This document shows positions 19,683 through 29,005 of a stretch of DNA of 64,000 bases, one piece after another. Where the stretch lies: positions 15,726 through 79,725 of the forward strand of contig JAXHMZ010000003.1 in NCBI GenBank assembly GCA_034521025.1, in the 5' to 3' direction. The notes under the pieces were generated by a model. That model saw only the letters and a list, made by a program, of their open reading frames with translations, was not told the DNA's origin and made no database searches. Source of the DNA: Candidatus Campbellbacteria bacterium. Its GTDB lineage: Bacteria; Patescibacteriota; Minisyncoccia; Phycocordibacterales; JAXHMZ01. Both the position numbers and the translations under genes were made by a program. Numbering within the stretch: position 1 is the stretch's first letter; each line of letters opens with the position of its first letter.

Positions 19683-20534
19683 ATGGAAACTGAAAGAAGG
19701 GAGAGGTTTGTATTGTTTACTATATTAGGTGCAATTGCGCTCGCTCTAGTATTTTTCTCAACCGATGTTACGCGATCAGTTAGTACAACTAGTACAACCG
19801 ACGAGAGTCAAACGAACACAGAAGTTAAAAACATAGAAATAGTAGAGACCGAAAAGGAAAAAGCACCGCCAGAAAAAACAAAAGAAACTCCGGAAAAACT
19901 ACCGGACATAGTGGCCTTGAATCCTTCCGAGTTAGCACTAGAAAAAAGAGAAGGAGAGGCTTTACTGGTTTTTAGCTCTTCTTATTGGAACCAAGGTCCG
20001 GGCGTGCTTGAGCTCGTTGGAATAGAAAAGATAGATTCAAAGGAAGACAACGAAGAGGTTTGGCAGGTAGACCAGCGAATCTACCGCAAGGACGGCGGAT
20101 ATTCTGATAAAAAAGTGGGTGCCTTTAAGTGGCATGCTTCACACGAACATTTTCACTATGACTCATTTGCTTTATACACAATAACATCTCTTGATGATCC
20201 CGATATTACTTTAGAAAAAGAAAAAGCGGGATTCTGTGCCCGCGATAGAGATACGCATAACCTTATGCTTGAGGAGGCACCGGACAATTCAACTTATTTT
20301 TATTGCGAAGAGGAACTGCAGGGGGTATCTGTAGGGTGGGGAGATACATATGACTACACCATTCCCGGCCAAGAGATAAACGTGGACGATCTTCCAAGCG
20401 GCAGATACATAATCCGAGTTGAATATAATCCGGACAATGAATTAAGCGAAGTGAGCTATGAAAACAACATCTCAACAAAAGAATTCATTCTGGATAAAGA
20501 AAACGGATACATCTCAGTGGTAAATTCTGAGTAA
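19683..20534 (+). CDS. Secreted lysyl-oxidase-like (copper amine oxidase, LOX catalytic domain) protein
   Basis: N-terminal TM/signal. WHASHEHFHYDSF copper-site His cluster. KAGFCARD. GWGDTYDYTIPGQEINVDDLPSGRYIIRVEYNPDNELSEVSYENN matches the LOX-domain C-terminal pattern. Confidence 0.5.
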   Translation: METERRERFVLFTILGAIALALVFFSTDVTRSVSTTSTTDESQTNTEVKNIEIVETEKEKAPPEKTKETPEKLPDIVALNPSELALEKREGEALLVFSSSYWNQGPGVLELVGIEKIDSKEDNEEVWQVDQRIYRKDGGYSDKKVGAFKWHASHEHFHYDSFALYTITSLDDPDITLEKEKAGFCARDRDTHNLMLEEAPDNSTYFYCEEELQGVSVGWGDTYDYTIPGQEINVDDLPSGRYIIRVEYNPDNELSEVSYENNISTKEFILDKENGYISVVNSE

Positions 20535-20566
20535 CAAAAAAGCCCCTCCGGTTGGAGGGGCTTTTA
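20535..20566. terminator. Bidirectional rho-independent terminator (aaaaaagcccctccggttggaggggctttt)
   Basis: 9-bp GC-rich stem flanked by an A-run and a T-run between convergent genes. Confidence 0.85.
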
Positions 20567-20767
20567 TTAGGCTTTGTTAACGTTGACCGCGTTGAATCCT
20601 TTCGGACCCTCGGCTACTTCAAACGTTAGCTTGTCACCTTCGCGAAGCTCGTCGAACTCTACGTTCTGGAGCTCGTTGGAATGAAAGAAAAGATCTTTGT
20701 CTTCTCCTTCGCGACTGATAAAGCCGAAGCCTTTGTCAGTCAGTCCTGCGATAGTTCCTTCTTGCAT
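20567..20767 (-). CDS. cspA: Cold-shock protein (CspA family)
   Basis: GFGFI RNP1 and LFFHSNE-like RNP2 motifs. 66 aa. Long 5' UTR (20768-20909). Confidence 0.9.
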   Translation of the reverse strand: MQEGTIAGLTDKGFGFISREGEDKDLFFHSNELQNVEFDELREGDKLTFEVAEGPKGFNAVNVNKA

Positions 20768-20909
20768 AACTGTAAAAATACTTTTTTATAATGATCAAAT
20801 ACAGCGGCAGGAGTGGGAAACTCGAACCATGCTTCTACGTCTCTGGGCTGAGTTGATATCTTTATCCTGTCATTTCCGGAGCAAAAAGTCAATAGTAAAG
20901 CACAAATTT

Positions 20910-21524
20910 CTAATCTACGCTCTCCCAAAGTAAGAGAGAAGCTATGCTACGATACGGTTTCCATTTTTTAACAATTCTTTCCAAGTCGTCTGTCTTGATC
21001 TGTTTCTTTTTACCATAATTCTCTTGCATAGCTTGTAAAAGACCTTTATCGGCAAAAGAGAAAACATCCTCTCTTCCAAGTGAAAATATCAAAAACATTT
21101 CCACAGTCCAGCGACCTATCCCTCTAACTCGCGTCAGCGTTCTAATGATCTCTTCGTCATTCATTTCCTCAAATTTTTCAAACTCGATCGTGTTTTCAGT
21201 AAAAGCTTCCGCGAGCCCTTTTATATATGAAGCTTTTTGCGGAGAAACTCCCGCTTTGTACATTTCTTTCTCAGTTATTGAATTAACCTTTTCTGGGGTA
21301 GGAAAGTGCTCTCCTCCAAATAAAGCAAGAAATCTTTCGTTGATAGTTTGGGCGGCCTTAACCGATACTTGCTGGCCAATAATTGACTCAACAAGCGAGC
21401 GAAAATAATTATCATCAACCCGCCAAAGAGGCATACCGTTCTTTAGGGCGAGCCGCTTCATCGTAGAGTCGGACTCGATAAAAAACTCTTTGTATTTTTC
21501 TGTATCTTTCTTCTTTACAGACAT
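20910..21524 (-). CDS. HhH-GPD DNA glycosylase, AlkA/3-methyladenine glycosylase II-like
   Basis: RVRGIGRWTVEMFLIF helix-hairpin-helix with catalytic Asp context. About 200 aa. Confidence 0.6.
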   Translation of the reverse strand: MSVKKKDTEKYKEFFIESDSTMKRLALKNGMPLWRVDDNYFRSLVESIIGQQVSVKAAQTINERFLALFGGEHFPTPEKVNSITEKEMYKAGVSPQKASYIKGLAEAFTENTIEFEKFEEMNDEEIIRTLTRVRGIGRWTVEMFLIFSLGREDVFSFADKGLLQAMQENYGKKKQIKTDDLERIVKKWKPYRSIASLLLWESVD

Positions 21525-21836
21525 TCAGGTTATTTTTTCGGAAAATTTGTTTATCTCTTTTAATACCGGAAGAGTTTCTTTACCGAGATCGGTCAAGCGA
21601 TATGCCACCGAGATCTTACCCTCAGAGTCTTCAATACGTTCAATGATCCTGGCTTTTTCTAGTTTTTGCAGTCTGTCTGTCAAAGTTACGGGGTTGAGAT
21701 TATCAGTTGCTCGTTGGATCTCACAATAACGTTTTTGCTCCTTTTTAAGCGCGTCAATTATTCTCAACGTCCAAAAATCTCCTAGTAGTCTTAGGCAGTC
21801 AACACAGATATTCTCTTGTGCTTCTTTTGTTCTCAT
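21525..21836 (-). CDS. HxlR-family winged-HTH transcriptional regulator
   Basis: C.DCLRLLGDFWTLRII..RYCEIQ pattern typical of HxlR. Confidence 0.65.
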   Translation of the reverse strand: MRTKEAQENICVDCLRLLGDFWTLRIIDALKKEQKRYCEIQRATDNLNPVTLTDRLQKLEKARIIERIEDSEGKISVAYRLTDLGKETLPVLKEINKFSEKIT

Positions 21837-21925
21837 TTGCTATAAAATTTATAGTACTATAGAATTTGTAGTATTAATAGTACGCTGCTAATTATAGATT
21901 AGCACCGCAAAATAAATAAGTACAT

Positions 21926-22498
21926 ATGATAAACATAAAGATCATAGCTGGCTCTAGCCGCCCGGGCCGCTTTAATATCCAACCAGCAAACTGGATCTTC
22001 GAATTAGCCAATAATAGAGAAAGCGTGAACGCTGAGTTACTTGATCTAAAAGAGATTGATCTGCCTTTTTTAGATGAAGAAAAATCTCCTATGTCCGGAG
22101 AGTACTCTAAAGAGCATACATTAGAGTGGTCGGAGAAAATAAAAGAAGCGGACGGATTTGTTTTCGTTACTCCTGAGTACAATCACTCCTTTTCTCCAGT
22201 GTTGAAAAACGCGATCGATTTCTTGTACAACGAATGGAATTACAAACCGGCGAGCTTCATAAGCTACGGATCTCTTGCCGGAGGAGCTCGAGCGGTAGAG
22301 CACTTGCGAGGAGTAGCCGGAGAAATAAAGATGTACGACCTGAGAGATCAAATATTGATCCCAAACTACTGGAACGGACTAAATGAAAGTGGAGAATACC
22401 AGTTTAACGAAAACCAAGAACAAGAAGCGGAAGCGCTATTAGACAACCTGGTGTTCTGGGCCGATAAAATGAAAGACATTAGAGCAGAATTGAACTAA
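21926..22498 (+). CDS. NAD(P)H-dependent FMN reductase (flavodoxin-like fold)
   Basis: IIAGSSRPGRFN, ADGFVFVTPEYNHSFSPVLKNAIDFL. Divergent from the HxlR gene. Confidence 0.75.
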   Translation: MINIKIIAGSSRPGRFNIQPANWIFELANNRESVNAELLDLKEIDLPFLDEEKSPMSGEYSKEHTLEWSEKIKEADGFVFVTPEYNHSFSPVLKNAIDFLYNEWNYKPASFISYGSLAGGARAVEHLRGVAGEIKMYDLRDQILIPNYWNGLNESGEYQFNENQEQEAEALLDNLVFWADKMKDIRAELN

Positions 22499-22602
22499 AT
22501 GTAAATACGTAAACTGAAACAGCAAGATTTTTTTAAAGAGAGGTCAACCCGGCCCGGGTTGACCTCTCTTGTTCTATTTAAAATAGTGGTATCATTTAGC
22601 CA

Positions 22603-22977
22603 ATGCAAATAATATTAACCGTTATAGTTTCATTGTGGCTTGGTTTTACTGTAGCTTGGTGGTTACGAAAGAAGGAAATTTTAGAATTAAAACTCGATCT
22701 GGACAGATCAAAAAGGGAAATGGACGAGCAGATCAATGAAGGATCATCTTTCGAGGGATTCAACGAAAAGATAGCTTTAGTCAAAGAAAACCGCAAAGAA
22801 AAGATAGTCGAACATCTCAGAAAGAGTAGAGAAACAGTCCAGACTAATAATGTGGCAGACCTTTTGGATGTATCGCGAGCTAGCGCCTACAGATATCTCG
22901 AAGAATTGGAAAATGAAGGAAAAATTGAGCAAGTAGGAAAAGCCGGACGAAGCGTACTGTATAAGCTTACTCGCTAA
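22603..22977 (+). CDS. Membrane-anchored winged-helix DNA-binding protein (hypothetical)
   Basis: N-terminal TM helix. C-terminal NVADLLDVSRASAYRYLEELENEGKI HTH. Confidence 0.4.
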   Translation: MQIILTVIVSLWLGFTVAWWLRKKEILELKLDLDRSKREMDEQINEGSSFEGFNEKIALVKENRKEKIVEHLRKSRETVQTNNVADLLDVSRASAYRYLEELENEGKIEQVGKAGRSVLYKLTR

Positions 22978-23006
22978 ATGCTTCAATCTATAGATTGAAG
23001 CATTTA
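22977..23006. repeat. Perfect 30-bp palindrome aaatgcttcaatctatagattgaagcattt (copy 1), followed by a ggcccaagttgggcc hairpin
   Basis: An identical copy occurs at 57579-57608. Both lie just 3' of gene ends. Confidence 0.85.
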
Positions 23007-23042
23007 AAAAGGCCCAAGTTGGGCCTCATTGCGACGTTTCAG

Positions 23043-23390
23043 TTATTCTGATTTAACGAGCTCGGCGCGGTTTTTCTCAGAGAGGAATAGAGCGGCCCAG
23101 TCATCAGGGACCCAACCCTTCTGTATCCAATGTATCCACAGACCTTCAGCGGATTGTTGTTCTATATCTGAGCCAAACCCTCGCGCTCTCTTGCCGGTTT
23201 CGGTATCCTTAACGATCCAGTTGCTGAAAATGACCTGTCCATCTTGGTTAAAAATAGTTAGAAAATCTCCTTCCTCTATCAGATGAAGAGCGTCATAGCC
23301 GGACTTATTGTCTTCAGAAAGAGCCCAGAGCACTCCTTCAGTTCCAGTCTCAAAGTGGGCATAAAGGATCCCTTGTACGGCCTCTGACAT
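23043..23390 (-). CDS. Hypothetical protein (115 aa)
   Basis: Intact ORF with no motifs recognised. Confidence 0.3.
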   Translation of the reverse strand: MSEAVQGILYAHFETGTEGVLWALSEDNKSGYDALHLIEEGDFLTIFNQDGQVIFSNWIVKDTETGKRARGFGSDIEQQSAEGLWIHWIQKGWVPDDWAALFLSEKNRAELVKSE

Positions 23391-23472
23391 CAGCTACCTC
23401 CCACTTTTATATACTATAGCGCAACTTCTTAGTCAACAAATTGAATTATTTTGATACCTTGGATCTAACCAT

Positions 23473-23507
23473 TACGAAACATTGACAATGTATTATTTTT
23501 AGGTTAT
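23473..23507 (+). promoter_or_regulatory. Sigma70-like promoter (TTGACA-17-TATTAT) followed by a structured leader of about 110 nt
   Basis: ttgacaatgtattatttttaggttattatgc. The leader contains hairpins ggaaacgatgtttcc and ggcagggggatgtctgcc, then AGGAGG 8 nt before ATG 23619. Confidence 0.45.
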
Positions 23508-23618
23508 TATGCTGTGAGGAAACGATGTTTCCACCCCAACGAGGCAGGGGGATGTCTGCCTAAGGAGTTCTCGTGATGCGAGACACTCCGATTTCTTGGC
23601 GATGCCAAGGAGGAGAAA

Positions 23619-24497
23619 ATGCACATTAAAAAGGTACATAATGGTGAAGCGATTCTCAATTGTCTGGGTCCAAGGATCTATTATGGAAGCACATCCAAAG
23701 CAGGCGTTTTCCCGCCGGTCGGGCAAACTTACAGACAGTTTTGTTTCGCTCCCGACTCGGGAACTAGCGGAATACTCGCTTTCCGTGAACTGCATAGAGA
23801 ACCGAGCGATACAGAGTTCGTTCAGTTCTGGTGGAATGACGACAAACTCTGGGTGGAGAGAGGTATCCCGAGGCACGTACGCAACTTCTCGCAAGGAGGA
23901 TTTGAGGAAAGTTTCGGATTGATGATCACTCATCGATCCGGACATTACGTTACAAACGAGCCACCAGAGGGATTGCCGGAAGACACTCTCCTGGTGGATT
24001 TGCTAACGTTGCTCAAATACATCGAGGGTTCTATTGAGTTCGAAGAACTCTATAAGAACTCTCGGCACGTGAAGAGGCGTCGCGAGAGGGAAGAACAAGA
24101 AATTAGCTACTTGAGAGAGACCATGTTGGAACTCGAGTCTGATAATTTCAAAGCGGGTAACGCTCTCGCCGATGCACTTCGGGAGCTTGAGAAGAACCCT
24201 CTTCTCAAGCTTGTAGGTAGGAATCTATGCAAAAAACTGTCAGACATACTTCAGAAACTCAGAACATACACAATCACTTGGCGCCTTCCTCTTGAGCACC
24301 TAGAAAAACTTAAGTGCGATGACGTGGTGTCAGAGCTACGCACAGAACAAGCGGTACAACATGTGCTGAGTGAGTACACACTGGAAGAACTAAAAAACGT
24401 AAGCCACGCTGAACTAGTTGAACAACTGAATGAAGAGATCGGAAGAGTTAATCCTGGAATTAAAGTGACAGGAATCGATATCGATGTAGAGAAATAG
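23619..24497 (+). CDS. Hypothetical protein (292 aa), N-terminal globular region plus C-terminal coiled coil
   Basis: Strong RBS. Locally higher GC by eye. No recognisable family. Confidence 0.4.
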   Translation: MHIKKVHNGEAILNCLGPRIYYGSTSKAGVFPPVGQTYRQFCFAPDSGTSGILAFRELHREPSDTEFVQFWWNDDKLWVERGIPRHVRNFSQGGFEESFGLMITHRSGHYVTNEPPEGLPEDTLLVDLLTLLKYIEGSIEFEELYKNSRHVKRRREREEQEISYLRETMLELESDNFKAGNALADALRELEKNPLLKLVGRNLCKKLSDILQKLRTYTITWRLPLEHLEKLKCDDVVSELRTEQAVQHVLSEYTLEELKNVSHAELVEQLNEEIGRVNPGIKVTGIDIDVEK

Positions 24498-24514
24498 TTA
24501 GTACCTTTGAATTC

Positions 24515-24550
24515 GTCCCGCCCGTGTCAACGACATGGGCGGTTTTTTTA
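24515..24550 (+). terminator. Rho-independent terminator (cccgcccgtgtcaacgacatgggcggttttttt)
   Basis: GC-rich hairpin plus T7. Confidence 0.75.
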
Positions 24551-24565
24551 TATTACAAATTAAAA

Positions 24566-24961
24566 TTAAAAGTTTAAAAAAGTAATGGTTAGTTGCAGAA
24601 TAGTAGCAAATGTTACCCAGAGAAGATAAGGGATATTTACGTAAGACACCCAAGGAGCGTGCTTGTAGATCACGTACAGAGCCCAAATTAGAGTTACAAG
24701 CACAAGAATAATATCTATAGAGGCTAAAACGTTGCTCCTTAAACCAAACTGAACTGGTACAAACGCAAAATTAAAAACCAAGTTGAGCACAAAAGGAGAA
24801 AGTGTTGCAAGAGATATCTTTCCCTTAAAATACAAATAAATTACATAGCCAAAAGAGATGGCTATAATGATATATAGCAGTGTCCAGACAGGTGAGAATA
24901 TCCAAGTTGGCGGAGCCCACTCGGGCTTAATTAGAGTTTGATACCAAGTGATCGTTTCCAT
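24566..24961 (-). CDS. tspO: TspO/MBR-family tryptophan-rich sensory membrane protein
   Basis: WYQTLIKPEWAPPTWIFSPVWTLLY. Five TM segments. 131 aa. Confidence 0.7.
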   Translation of the reverse strand: METITWYQTLIKPEWAPPTWIFSPVWTLLYIIIAISFGYVIYLYFKGKISLATLSPFVLNLVFNFAFVPVQFGLRSNVLASIDIILVLVTLIWALYVIYKHAPWVSYVNIPYLLWVTFATILQLTITFLNF

Positions 24962-25025
24962 TACTTAATTATACCGCATCTTAATGCTTGTAAGCTACAA
25001 CAGTGCCACCAAATAAGTCAAAGCA

Positions 25026-25448
25026 CTATTTTTCGTCTAATAATTTTAAACCCGTCTCTTCATCAAGTCTTCTAGTAAGTGAGGAGTCGGTAGGCGTAAT
25101 ATGAAGCTCGCACGTTACGCTTACAACAAGGCGCTTTACGTGACCTCCGATAGCACTAAGCTCTTTATTTGAAAATGTGCCGTGTATGTGCCAGACCGAC
25201 TCCTCTTCAACGATCGAGAGGTTCCCGGTAAGATTCAGGATCTCGAGCGGCTCTTTGTACTCTTTCCATACGTATTCGCGATCTTCAAAATTATAGAGTC
25301 CGATCGCGAGATCATCGGTTGCTCCCAGTCCACTGATCCAGGCACCGCTTAGCTCATTTTCTCGCGCGAACTTCTCAAGCGTCGAATGTAACTCTTCTCC
25401 TCGCTCAAGAATAAGAATAAAACTTTCTGACGTTCTTATACGTTTCAT
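25026..25448 (-). CDS. PPC/DUF296-domain protein
   Basis: FILILERGEEL..LSGAWISGLGA..VWHIHGTFS pattern. Confidence 0.55.
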   Translation of the reverse strand: MKRIRTSESFILILERGEELHSTLEKFARENELSGAWISGLGATDDLAIGLYNFEDREYVWKEYKEPLEILNLTGNLSIVEEESVWHIHGTFSNKELSAIGGHVKRLVVSVTCELHITPTDSSLTRRLDEETGLKLLDEK

Positions 25449-25528
25449 TAACTCAGTCTATCAAATTATTAAAATATCCGTAAAATCAATTATAGTTACC
25501 GCCCAAAGCTTTATCTAAAAAAGAAAAA

Positions 25529-25560
25529 TCCGCGCTGTTACTATCTGAACAGCGCGGATA
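25529..25560 (-). terminator. Hairpin atccgcgctgtt..aacagcgcggat downstream of the 25573 gene
   Basis: 12-bp perfect stem. Confidence 0.6.
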
Positions 25561-25572
25561 TTGTATGTAGAA

Positions 25573-26169
25573 TTACCACGAATAACTTCCCGAGACGCCT
25601 CCCGTAACGTCGCCTTCTTCGTCGCGAGACACATTGACATTGAAGCCATATCCGTCATCGAACCGAATGCCGTAACGAGCAGACACATCGCCTTCGTGAC
25701 TCACGTTTGCGGATACACTTTGGCGATAACTTCGTCCTTTCGTAACGACGTAGTTGATCGTCTCTACGACTTCGCCGTTGGTGTTTACGAACTCAACAGT
25801 TCCTTCGTGAGGAGCGTACGCCGTAAACGAGACTCCGATCCTGCTACCGGCGCGTATGCGTACAAGCTTGTCACCTGAAACCAGTAGATCTTCGTGCGGC
25901 GCTCGTACTTCGACCTCTGTGCTGATCCTGCTCGAAACGCTAACACTCAGATTAGCGGTCGTTCCGTCATCCGAGATCTCTGCCTCCATGAAAGTGGGGG
26001 AGAGATACAGCTCTTCTGCAACTTCAAACTCAATTCCTGCGTTGGGATCATTGAGTGTAATCGAGACGCCCGAAGGCATACCACTATTTGGATCTTCCGA
26101 ATCGCCTTCTTGGGCAAAACTAAATCCAAACAGGGAACTCACAAGCAGTATCACAATGACGTTACGCAA
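25573..26169 (-). CDS. Secreted hypothetical protein (signal peptide)
   Basis: MRNVIVILLVSSLFGFSFAQ leader. Beta-rich and T/S/V-rich. Confidence 0.45.
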   Translation of the reverse strand: MRNVIVILLVSSLFGFSFAQEGDSEDPNSGMPSGVSITLNDPNAGIEFEVAEELYLSPTFMEAEISDDGTTANLSVSVSSRISTEVEVRAPHEDLLVSGDKLVRIRAGSRIGVSFTAYAPHEGTVEFVNTNGEVVETINYVVTKGRSYRQSVSANVSHEGDVSARYGIRFDDGYGFNVNVSRDEEGDVTGGVSGSYSW

Positions 26170-26255
26170 ATTATCTCCTTTCTTTAAGAACCATTAAAGA
26201 GGGGAGGAGAAATTCTCCTCCCCAAAACACCTAGTAGCAAGCGCGGTTCAGTACT

Positions 26256-26798
26256 TCACTGACCAAATGTCTGCGTACCCACGCCGCTGTTAACTCCAGT
26301 GGCGTGTAGCGTGAAGTAAATCGTTACTTGGTCGTTCGTATCACCTGGTACAAGTCCGTTGTTCGCAACGATCGTTACCGTGTAGCTCCTGTTCTGCATC
26401 GTGTTGGCAGGAATCTGCTGAGAACCAGGGTTTGCTACTACAAAGTACGAACCGTATGCAGGATGTTCATTGTAAGAGATTGCTGAGTTTTCGTTCAGGA
26501 CATCGCTTACAAGGATGGGACGATCGCTAGTGTTCGTGATCGGGACAACAACGTCAAACTGCTGTCCCGGTGCAAGGGCTCCGGAATCAAGAACAAGAGT
26601 CCACGCGGGAACCGTAAACTCTACCTGATCGGGCGTCTGGCCTTGTACAGCGAGAGTCAGGCGCGCGTTATTCCAACCGGTCCCGTCCTGGACGGGCGTG
26701 GAAGTCGCCTGACTGAAAGCAACGCCACCAAAGGTCATCGCCACGAGGATCAAAAGCGCAAACAGTCGTTGCATATCGGAATACCTTCTTTCAAGCAA
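26256..26798 (-). CDS. Secreted hypothetical protein (signal peptide)
   Basis: LFALLILVAMTFGGVAFSQA leader. Confidence 0.45.
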   Translation of the reverse strand: MLERRYSDMQRLFALLILVAMTFGGVAFSQATSTPVQDGTGWNNARLTLAVQGQTPDQVEFTVPAWTLVLDSGALAPGQQFDVVVPITNTSDRPILVSDVLNENSAISYNEHPAYGSYFVVANPGSQQIPANTMQNRSYTVTIVANNGLVPGDTNDQVTIYFTLHATGVNSGVGTQTFGQ

Positions 26799-26960
26799 GA
26801 AACGTGAGTTTAGTCGCTTATGCCAAGCTACGGCGAATAGCTGTCACCTCCAAAGGTAAATATACATCAGAGTCTATTCGTGGTAAATGTAAATGTACAA
26901 AATATCGCACACCGAGGATGTTTATAGCAAATAACTTGATATATGTCAATAGCAAACTCG

Positions 26961-26983
26961 CAGTCAACCTGGCAGGTTGACTG
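26961..26983. repeat. Palindrome cagtcaacctggcaggttgactg (family B, copy 1)
   Basis: Second copy agtcaacctgccaggttgact at 32183-32203. Confidence 0.8.
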
Positions 26984-26989
26984 ATTTTA

Positions 26990-27655
26990 TTACCACGTGA
27001 ACTTATACCTGTATCGATCGTCTCCTCTATGTATCGATTGCAAAATTTCCATATGCGCCTCCTCTGAGCCCGATCCGAGTGCTACCATTTTCTCAAAATA
27101 TCCTTTGTGGTAATACTCCGCCGCCAAGTGATTTCGATAGTCACAGAGATCCATAGTAAGAAAGCGCTCTTCTTCAGACAATTCCACTCCGACCAATTCT
27201 CCCGCGTCATATACCTTTTTCCACGCACTTGGACCGGCTTTATAGATACCGCCCATAGAGGCAAACCTAAATATAATAGATTTAAAAAATGAGTTTTTTA
27301 GGCCAATCGCTCCAAGCTCCTCGATATCTTCAGTCGTCCAGGAAAACAAATGAGTGGCAGTGAGCAGAATTGCTCCCGCGTAACCCAAGGGGTACCACTC
27401 GTGATATTTGAACTCAAATAAATTGACAGGGTGACCTATCTCTTTTAATTTTTCTTCAATTTTTTTCGCGCTTCCTTCTCCTTCTTTATGCTCAATTGCT
27501 TTGACCTTGTCTCCATCTAACGATGCCCCACGCTCAAACCCACTAAACATCATACACCTGTCTACCTCAAGTTTGAGAGCGTCAAGCGTCCCAACGTCGA
27601 GCGTGTCTTTAGTTGGATCATCCACGCTGAGTTTTAATTCTTCTGTTGAGTACAT
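26990..27655 (-). CDS. Hypothetical cytoplasmic protein (221 aa)
   Basis: Intact ORF with no signal peptide. Confidence 0.35.
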   Translation of the reverse strand: MYSTEELKLSVDDPTKDTLDVGTLDALKLEVDRCMMFSGFERGASLDGDKVKAIEHKEGEGSAKKIEEKLKEIGHPVNLFEFKYHEWYPLGYAGAILLTATHLFSWTTEDIEELGAIGLKNSFFKSIIFRFASMGGIYKAGPSAWKKVYDAGELVGVELSEEERFLTMDLCDYRNHLAAEYYHKGYFEKMVALGSGSEEAHMEILQSIHRGDDRYRYKFTW

Positions 27656-27739
27656 AAAAGCCTTGCTAGATCCTTTTAGTATACCAAATATTAAAGAAAC
27701 AAACTCAGCAGACTATTACTTTGTGAATACACCATCTAT

Positions 27740-28930
27740 TTATAGCCTGAATTTTACAAAGAGGTAGATAGACAAACAAATGAGTAACAACAAGATCGTA
27801 ACTATAATAAGAAGAAAATTATCTTGCTCCTTTGTTGTATCAGGAGAAACTTGTTCTGCGCCTGATTTCGCGCCCGATTCAAAGAGTGCAAAATAGGTTA
27901 AGTGGTCGACAGAAAACGTTGCCGTTCGCGCGCCGAATGTTACATCTGATACTTTATCCCAATCCTTAGTATTGTTGTTTAAATAATAGGCCCCTACATT
28001 TTCTCGATCCGCGAGCGGCCTGAGCGTAGGCACGAACAGAGTGATCTCAATAGGGTTATCAAATGACTGAATGGACGCTCCATTGCTGTCTATCGCCTCA
28101 ACGCGAAAAAGACCATTTTCAACAAGAGATAGATCGCTTGTCGGTGTATGTACATTTAAAATTTGCTCTATTGCGTTTTCTTCAGGTATTAGCGCATCTA
28201 CTGTAACAGCTCTCTCTTTTGTGGCTTCTTCCGGTATCTTTACGATAATAGCGCGAAAACCATCCTCTGGTACCTCTCTACCGAGAGTGGGTGAATCACT
28301 CCTAACCAACAAACCAGAATGATCCTTTGGTAGGCTAAGAGGGTCATTGTGTCTTTCTACATAACGTTCGGATGAATTATTGCGTAAAGTAGGAATATCT
28401 AGAGGGGCGGTTTGGAAAAAATGTGATATTTCTTCTGATTCAGTGTTTGCGTCGGTATTTATTTTTAAGTTTGGATTTATATATCGCTCTATTTCTTCTG
28501 TAACAAAAGGGAAGTCATAGCCACGCTCCCACTGTTGGGTAATTCCTTCTCCGTTATCATCTATCGCGGTTTCTGATTCTGTTGGTCTGTTCATTCCAAA
28601 ACCGAAGATATCTATAGTACCGTTTCCAGATCCAGAGGATCCTTCCGGTTCGCTTTCGCCGGTACACTGTGAAGTGTTGATCGTGCAGTCGGAGTTACAG
28701 TATAACAGCCCCTCTTCAAACCCCATTTTTTTGCACGTCCTTCCGCCGAGGTTTAATCCGTCGCATTCTTCAGTTCCTTCTCTTACATTATTACCGCATA
28801 TGCCGATTTTAACCTTGGACTCAATAGTTGCCGTGTCAGCAAGTGCCGAGAACGCAAAAAAATAAACGGCAACAACGCAGGTCGCCGCAATAAAGGTATA
28901 TAAAAGAAATTTTGTTGTTAGTGCCTTCAT
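27740..28930 (-). CDS. Surface protein with N-terminal signal/TM, cysteine-rich CGNNVxEGxEECD-type repeat and C-terminal TM anchor
   Basis: ICGNNVREGTEECDGLNLGGRTCKKMGFEEGLLYCNSDC resembles myxo-type cysteine-rich repeats. C-terminal LLIIVTILLLLICLSIYLFVKFRL. Confidence 0.45.
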   Translation of the reverse strand: MKALTTKFLLYTFIAATCVVAVYFFAFSALADTATIESKVKIGICGNNVREGTEECDGLNLGGRTCKKMGFEEGLLYCNSDCTINTSQCTGESEPEGSSGSGNGTIDIFGFGMNRPTESETAIDDNGEGITQQWERGYDFPFVTEEIERYINPNLKINTDANTESEEISHFFQTAPLDIPTLRNNSSERYVERHNDPLSLPKDHSGLLVRSDSPTLGREVPEDGFRAIIVKIPEEATKERAVTVDALIPEENAIEQILNVHTPTSDLSLVENGLFRVEAIDSNGASIQSFDNPIEITLFVPTLRPLADRENVGAYYLNNNTKDWDKVSDVTFGARTATFSVDHLTYFALFESGAKSGAEQVSPDTTKEQDNFLLIIVTILLLLICLSIYLFVKFRL

Positions 28931-29005
28931 TCTCTTCCCGATTATCTTACAACAAATAACTCGCCCACGGGTGACTCCGAGAGCTATAAAGCAAAAGATA
29001 ACGAT

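Noticed and set aside
20768-20909. Possible tRNA-like or small RNA gene upstream of cspA (GGTTCGAG motif)
   Set aside because: No acceptable cloverleaf could be built. The region is better explained as the long 5' UTR typical of cspA genes.
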